Shown here piece after piece: positions 34,953 to 38,637 of a DNA stretch of 38,637 nt. The notes beneath the pieces were generated by a model. It saw nothing but the letters and a program-made list of their open reading frames with translations, was not told where the DNA came from and made no database searches. Numbering within the stretch: the stretch's first letter is position 1; every line of letters starts with the position of its first letter. The stretch lies in assembly GCA_025603075.1 (NCBI GenBank), contig MU626441.1, positions 1 through 38,637 on the forward strand, given 5' to 3'. The position numbers and the translations under genes were made by a program. The DNA is from Neoconidiobolus thromboides FSU 785 (lineage: Eukaryota > Fungi > Entomophthoromycota).

Positions 34953-35889
34953 TTAATCTTTTTTTGTTAACCAAATTAAATATTCTTTATTTTTTCTTTG
35001 TGCTTGTTTATAAACTAAATAATCAAAAATAATATTGATATTAATAAACATATTTTATAAATAGTAAATGGAGATGCTTTTTTGTGTTTAAGAATTTTAC
35101 TAACAATTTTTCCACTCAAATAGTGTTTAAAAAATGGAAAGATAATGAAATCAAAAAAAACATCCCCAAACAATAAATAGTATTTACCTTCTTTTTCAAA
35201 CTCATCTAATTGATTTAAGAAAGCATGAGCTTGTTGATCTAAATTACTTCTTGTTGTTGAATGATCTACAATCATTGTTAATCGTTGTATAAATACATAA
35301 TTTAAATATTCAATCATTTCATATTTTGTAATTTCATCTAAACTATTTTTTATATAAAATAATAAAAATGTTAATATTATTATTATATTGTTACTTACCC
35401 ATGTGCTACCATTCGACCAAAATAATAAAATTGAGAATTAATACTTGATAAGTCAATATTTGTTGGACTAGCTAATACTCCATTTCTTATTTTTAATTGA
35501 TATCCTATAGGTAATTCAGTTTCTGTATATCCTCTATTATATTTATATTTATTAGTATTTATATTTATTAGTATTTATACTCAACAATAATTTTACTCTA
35601 ATTTAAGTTGTTCTGCTCCCCAATATGGTATACTTAACTGACTATCTTTATGAATCTAAAACACAGTATATGATTAACTATTTATAGATTACGTATTACT
35701 GTTTATTGAAATTACTATTAAATCTTGAGTACCAATTAAATGACTTATATTATCTACATCTTGATTAAATTTACATGGTATTAACTAATTAATTGAATTT
35801 AATATTATATATTGATTAACTTTAAATATAAAACTTACTTGTTCTTCAGCTAAAAATTCATCTTCATCAAAATAGTTATTAAAACTCAT
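34953..35889 (-). CDS. PSF3: GINS complex subunit Psf3 (multi-exon; largely absent from the ORF track)
   Basis: Spliced product MSFNNYFDEDEFLAEEQ|LIPCKF...|KDSQLSIPYW...|ASPTNIDLSSINSQFYYFG...|QRLTMIVDHS...LDEFEKE|VYKQAQ...W. Matches Psf3 motifs (Y.DIDD.LA, PC.F, L.LP.W, L..LDE.E..LYK). Confidence 0.88.
35069..35168 (+). mobile_element. ~100-bp MITE, copy E, inside the last PSF3 intron (35015-35187)
   Basis: AA|TGGAGATGCTTTTTTGTGTTTAAGAATTTTACTAACAATTTTTCCACTCAAATAGTGTTTAAAAAATGG...CATCCCCA|AA. Confidence 0.85.
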
Positions 35890-36032
35890 GATTTTAAAAT
35901 GAAATATTTAAAATAAAAAATCATTCTTTATTTTATTCAAATAAATTCTTTTTGTTCAATCTTCTAATTTTTTAAAATTAAATTCCAAAATATGAAATTA
36001 AGTTATATTAAACCTTTAAATTTTATTTCAAA

Positions 36033-36503
36033 TTAAAATTGTTTAGAAGAATATAATAAAATATAAGCCATATGCCAGTCACCTCCTCCATCTAATTTTA
36101 AAATAGCTTGTTCATCCACAATTGTAACTTTATCATCATCAAATTTAATCCATTCTTTTTTATTTTGTCTTACCCAAGCAATATAATGACCTGAATCAGC
36201 TGATCTACCAGTATGAGTTAATACTCCATGTAATTGATAATAACCAGTATAGTTAGCGCCCATATCTTTTTTTAATTCATTATCTGCTACTTCGTAAATT
36301 TCTTTATTATAATCTCTGGGTTGTTCTTCTTTTTCAAGTTTCACTTTTTTATTACGTTCTTCTTCATCGATTTGTTCAATTTTGTTACGAGCTAAATCTA
36401 ATTTAGTTTGTAATTCTTTAGTACAATAAGAGTAGAGATCTAATTCCATTGGAAATTTAACTTTCTATATAAAATAAAATATTGGTATAAATATTATATT
36501 ACA

Positions 36504-36567
<64 letters not shown>

Positions 36568-37973
36568 ACTTACTTTTAATATTTTAGCTTTAATTCTTTC
36601 AGCTGGTTTCCAAAAGAATCTAACATAATTAATCGGCAAATAAGTAGGCAAACGATCAATTTTAAATTCTTTTTTATATTTAGCCATTCGATTTAAACTT
36701 GGTGAGTTTTTTTCAATTTCATTAATAAAATTATCATTTAAACCAACAGTTAAATGATTCACTTCTTTAGTAATATGACAATCTAGTTTAAAAAAAGTTT
36801 CTTCTCCGATTGTTGCTTCTTCTTCAGGTGCTTCTTCACTACTCATTTTAGTTTTAAATTTTCCACCAAAATAATTGCTAACAAATGAATTCCCATTTGT
36901 ATCATTTAATTTATTTTGTAAACTGGTAAGTATTGAGGACCAGCATTCTTCTGCATCCTGTTGTGAATAATTACCTCTCCCTTCTTGTTGACTAAACTTT
37001 GGGAAGGCTTGACGTAAAGACTATAAACAAATAAATTATTATATTATATTTATGAATATAAGTTCAATTTACTTGTAAAAATATAAATGGTGGATAAACT
37101 GAACCTGAGTTTTTTAATTCTTTAAATAATCCCTTTAAACTATTAACCATATTTCCTTGTGGGTCGCCATCTTTACTTTGATGTCCTTGATAACTATTAA
37201 ATATTGTTTAGTGTATACTTATTATATACTATTGAATCATATATTTACTTTTGTAAGCTAGTTTCAAGTTCAGGAATTGATTTTAATATTTGAAGTGAAG
37301 CATTCTATTTATTTATTTATTAACTCTATTATAATATCTAATTCTAAATTACCATATAACAAGTATTTCCTAAATTGATCAAACCTACAGGTAGTTTTAA
37401 CTATAGTACGATTAAAATTTATAACATCAAATAAATGAAATTTCTTTACAGCTTCAGTTATCTCTGATTCAGTCATATCCTCAATAAAAGTCACTTTTTC
37501 TTTTGGTGCTGTATTTATTTCGCCTACAGAACCCATTAACTTTTTTAAAATAGTTTTAGATTATTGTTTTGGTATTATTAATTCATATTTACTGTAATCA
37601 ATTGTCCCTAAATAAATTTTTTTAAATTTGAAATTTAAAATAATTAAAATTAAAACTTTACCTCTTTAAATTTTATTGTACTTAAATCAGTTTCATCCTA
37701 ATAAAATAAACAATAAATAGAAATGTCTAAGGTCTTTTTCAATCCCTACTTTTAAAAATTTACCACCAGATAATAACTTTTGTCTATCTGGTTCAACGCC
37801 AGTAACTGAATATAATTGAGCTTTAAAGGTAGAAACGGAATCTTGTAAATCAAGATCCATTTCATATTTGTTGGTATTCCATTTAACGTTTACTATAAGA
37901 TTGAGGTTAAGCTTTAATATTCAACTTCTAATGTTATATTATGATCTATTGAATTACTATATTTACCTTTCAT
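36033..37973 (-). CDS. UBP6: Proteasome-associated deubiquitinase Ubp6/USP14 (UBL plus USP domains), multi-exon
   Basis: MK|VNVKW...KAQLYSVTGVEPDRQK (UBL), Cys box LPVGLINLGNTCY, QQDAEECW, His box YQLHGVLTHTGRSADSGHY, and LDGGGDWHMAYILLY. Confidence 0.95.
36504..36566. repeat. Intronic (TAT)n microsatellite, ~21 units
   Basis: Uninterrupted TAT/ATT run within the UBP6 intron just after GTAAGT; it produces the spurious poly-Asn tail of ORF 36499..36846. Confidence 0.97.
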
Positions 37974-38533
37974 TGTATTATTTTTTAACCTCTAATAAAA
38001 AATGTCAAAAGATATTGTTAAATAAAGCGTAAAAAACGTAATCATTTTGATTATAATTTTACACCAATCAAATATAAACTTTGACTTTAGGCTTAAACTA
38101 TTAGCCTATTTTACAATTAGTTTTATTCTGGAAATTGATTTATATATTTTGATTCACAAATAACTCAAAATTAAATAATTAAAATAATATAAAGATGTTA
38201 AAATTAATTTAACTATCTTATTTTTTTAAGTAATTGATTTTTTCAATTATATTTTTTGTATCATTTTTATTAGATCTTTGATAGGTATAATACACATGTA
38301 TTATTACTTTCTATTAAAATAAGAACAAAATGCAAGTTTTTATAACTAATTTTTAATATAGTAAAAAAAGTATTCAATATAAACATTAAAATTTATTGAT
38401 ATTAATTTTAGTAACTATAAAAACCGGTATTTAGTAAGAATTAAAAATAGTTTTTAGTTAATTAACTAACTGTAAGTCAAAAAGTTTTAGTTTATATAAC
38501 TAAAATAGATTTGAATTATAAAAAAATAGCATA

Positions 38534-38633
38534 TGGGGCTGTTTTTTTTAGTTTCATTATTTTTCCATTTTTTAAGCGCTATTTATGTGGAAAAATTGTT
38601 AGTAAAATTCTTAAATACAAAAATACATCCCCA
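38534..38633 (-). mobile_element. ~100-bp MITE, copy F (reverse) at the window end
   Basis: TA|TGGGGCTG...AAGCGCTATTTATGTGGAAAAATTGTTAGTAAAATTCTTAAATACAAAAATACATCCCCA|TA. Confidence 0.88.
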
Positions 38634-38637
38634 TATA

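Noticed and set aside
36499-36600. Poly-Asn C-terminus in ORF 36499..36846 and poly-Ile in ORF 32722..32940
   Set aside because: Read-through into intronic microsatellites past GTAAGT donors; not protein sequence.
29413-37973. Apparent ubiquitin/proteostasis cluster (BRO1, DSC2, UBP6)
   Set aside because: The genes act in different pathways and are interleaved with U1A and PSF3; chance adjacency in a compact genome is sufficient.

Overview
AT-rich, gene-dense eukaryotic DNA with short GT-AG introns (mostly about 45-80 nt). It is most likely from an early-diverging fungus; a Zoopagomycota-like origin is an inference only. After splicing the supplied ORF fragments by eye I find 15 intact protein-coding genes: a secreted Cys-rich protein, transketolase, a KCH-family membrane protein, GlcNAc-6-P deacetylase, a SnoaL/NTF2-like protein, a Pcl-type cyclin, Mrp10/CHCHD1, JIP5/WDR55, two tandem Fungal_trans-like paralogs, a CENP-M homolog, a DM9-repeat protein, a BRO1/Rim20 protein, U1A/U2B'' and Dsc2. 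Psf3 and Ubp6/USP14 bring the total to 17. The window also holds a heavily decayed SRA-AlkB-type fusion pseudogene (about 9.1-11.0 kb) and seven copies of a roughly 100-bp MITE. Two pairs of these MITEs are inverted with similar ~0.7 kb spacers, and one copy sits inside a PSF3 intron. The most notable observations are a CENP-M homolog retaining a GxxxxxKT P-loop remnant, exact absence of two adjacent introns from one of two tandem paralogs that also share gene-conversion-like tracts, the dead SRA-AlkB gene, and the MITE arrangement. Family assignments come from remembered motifs, not database searches.
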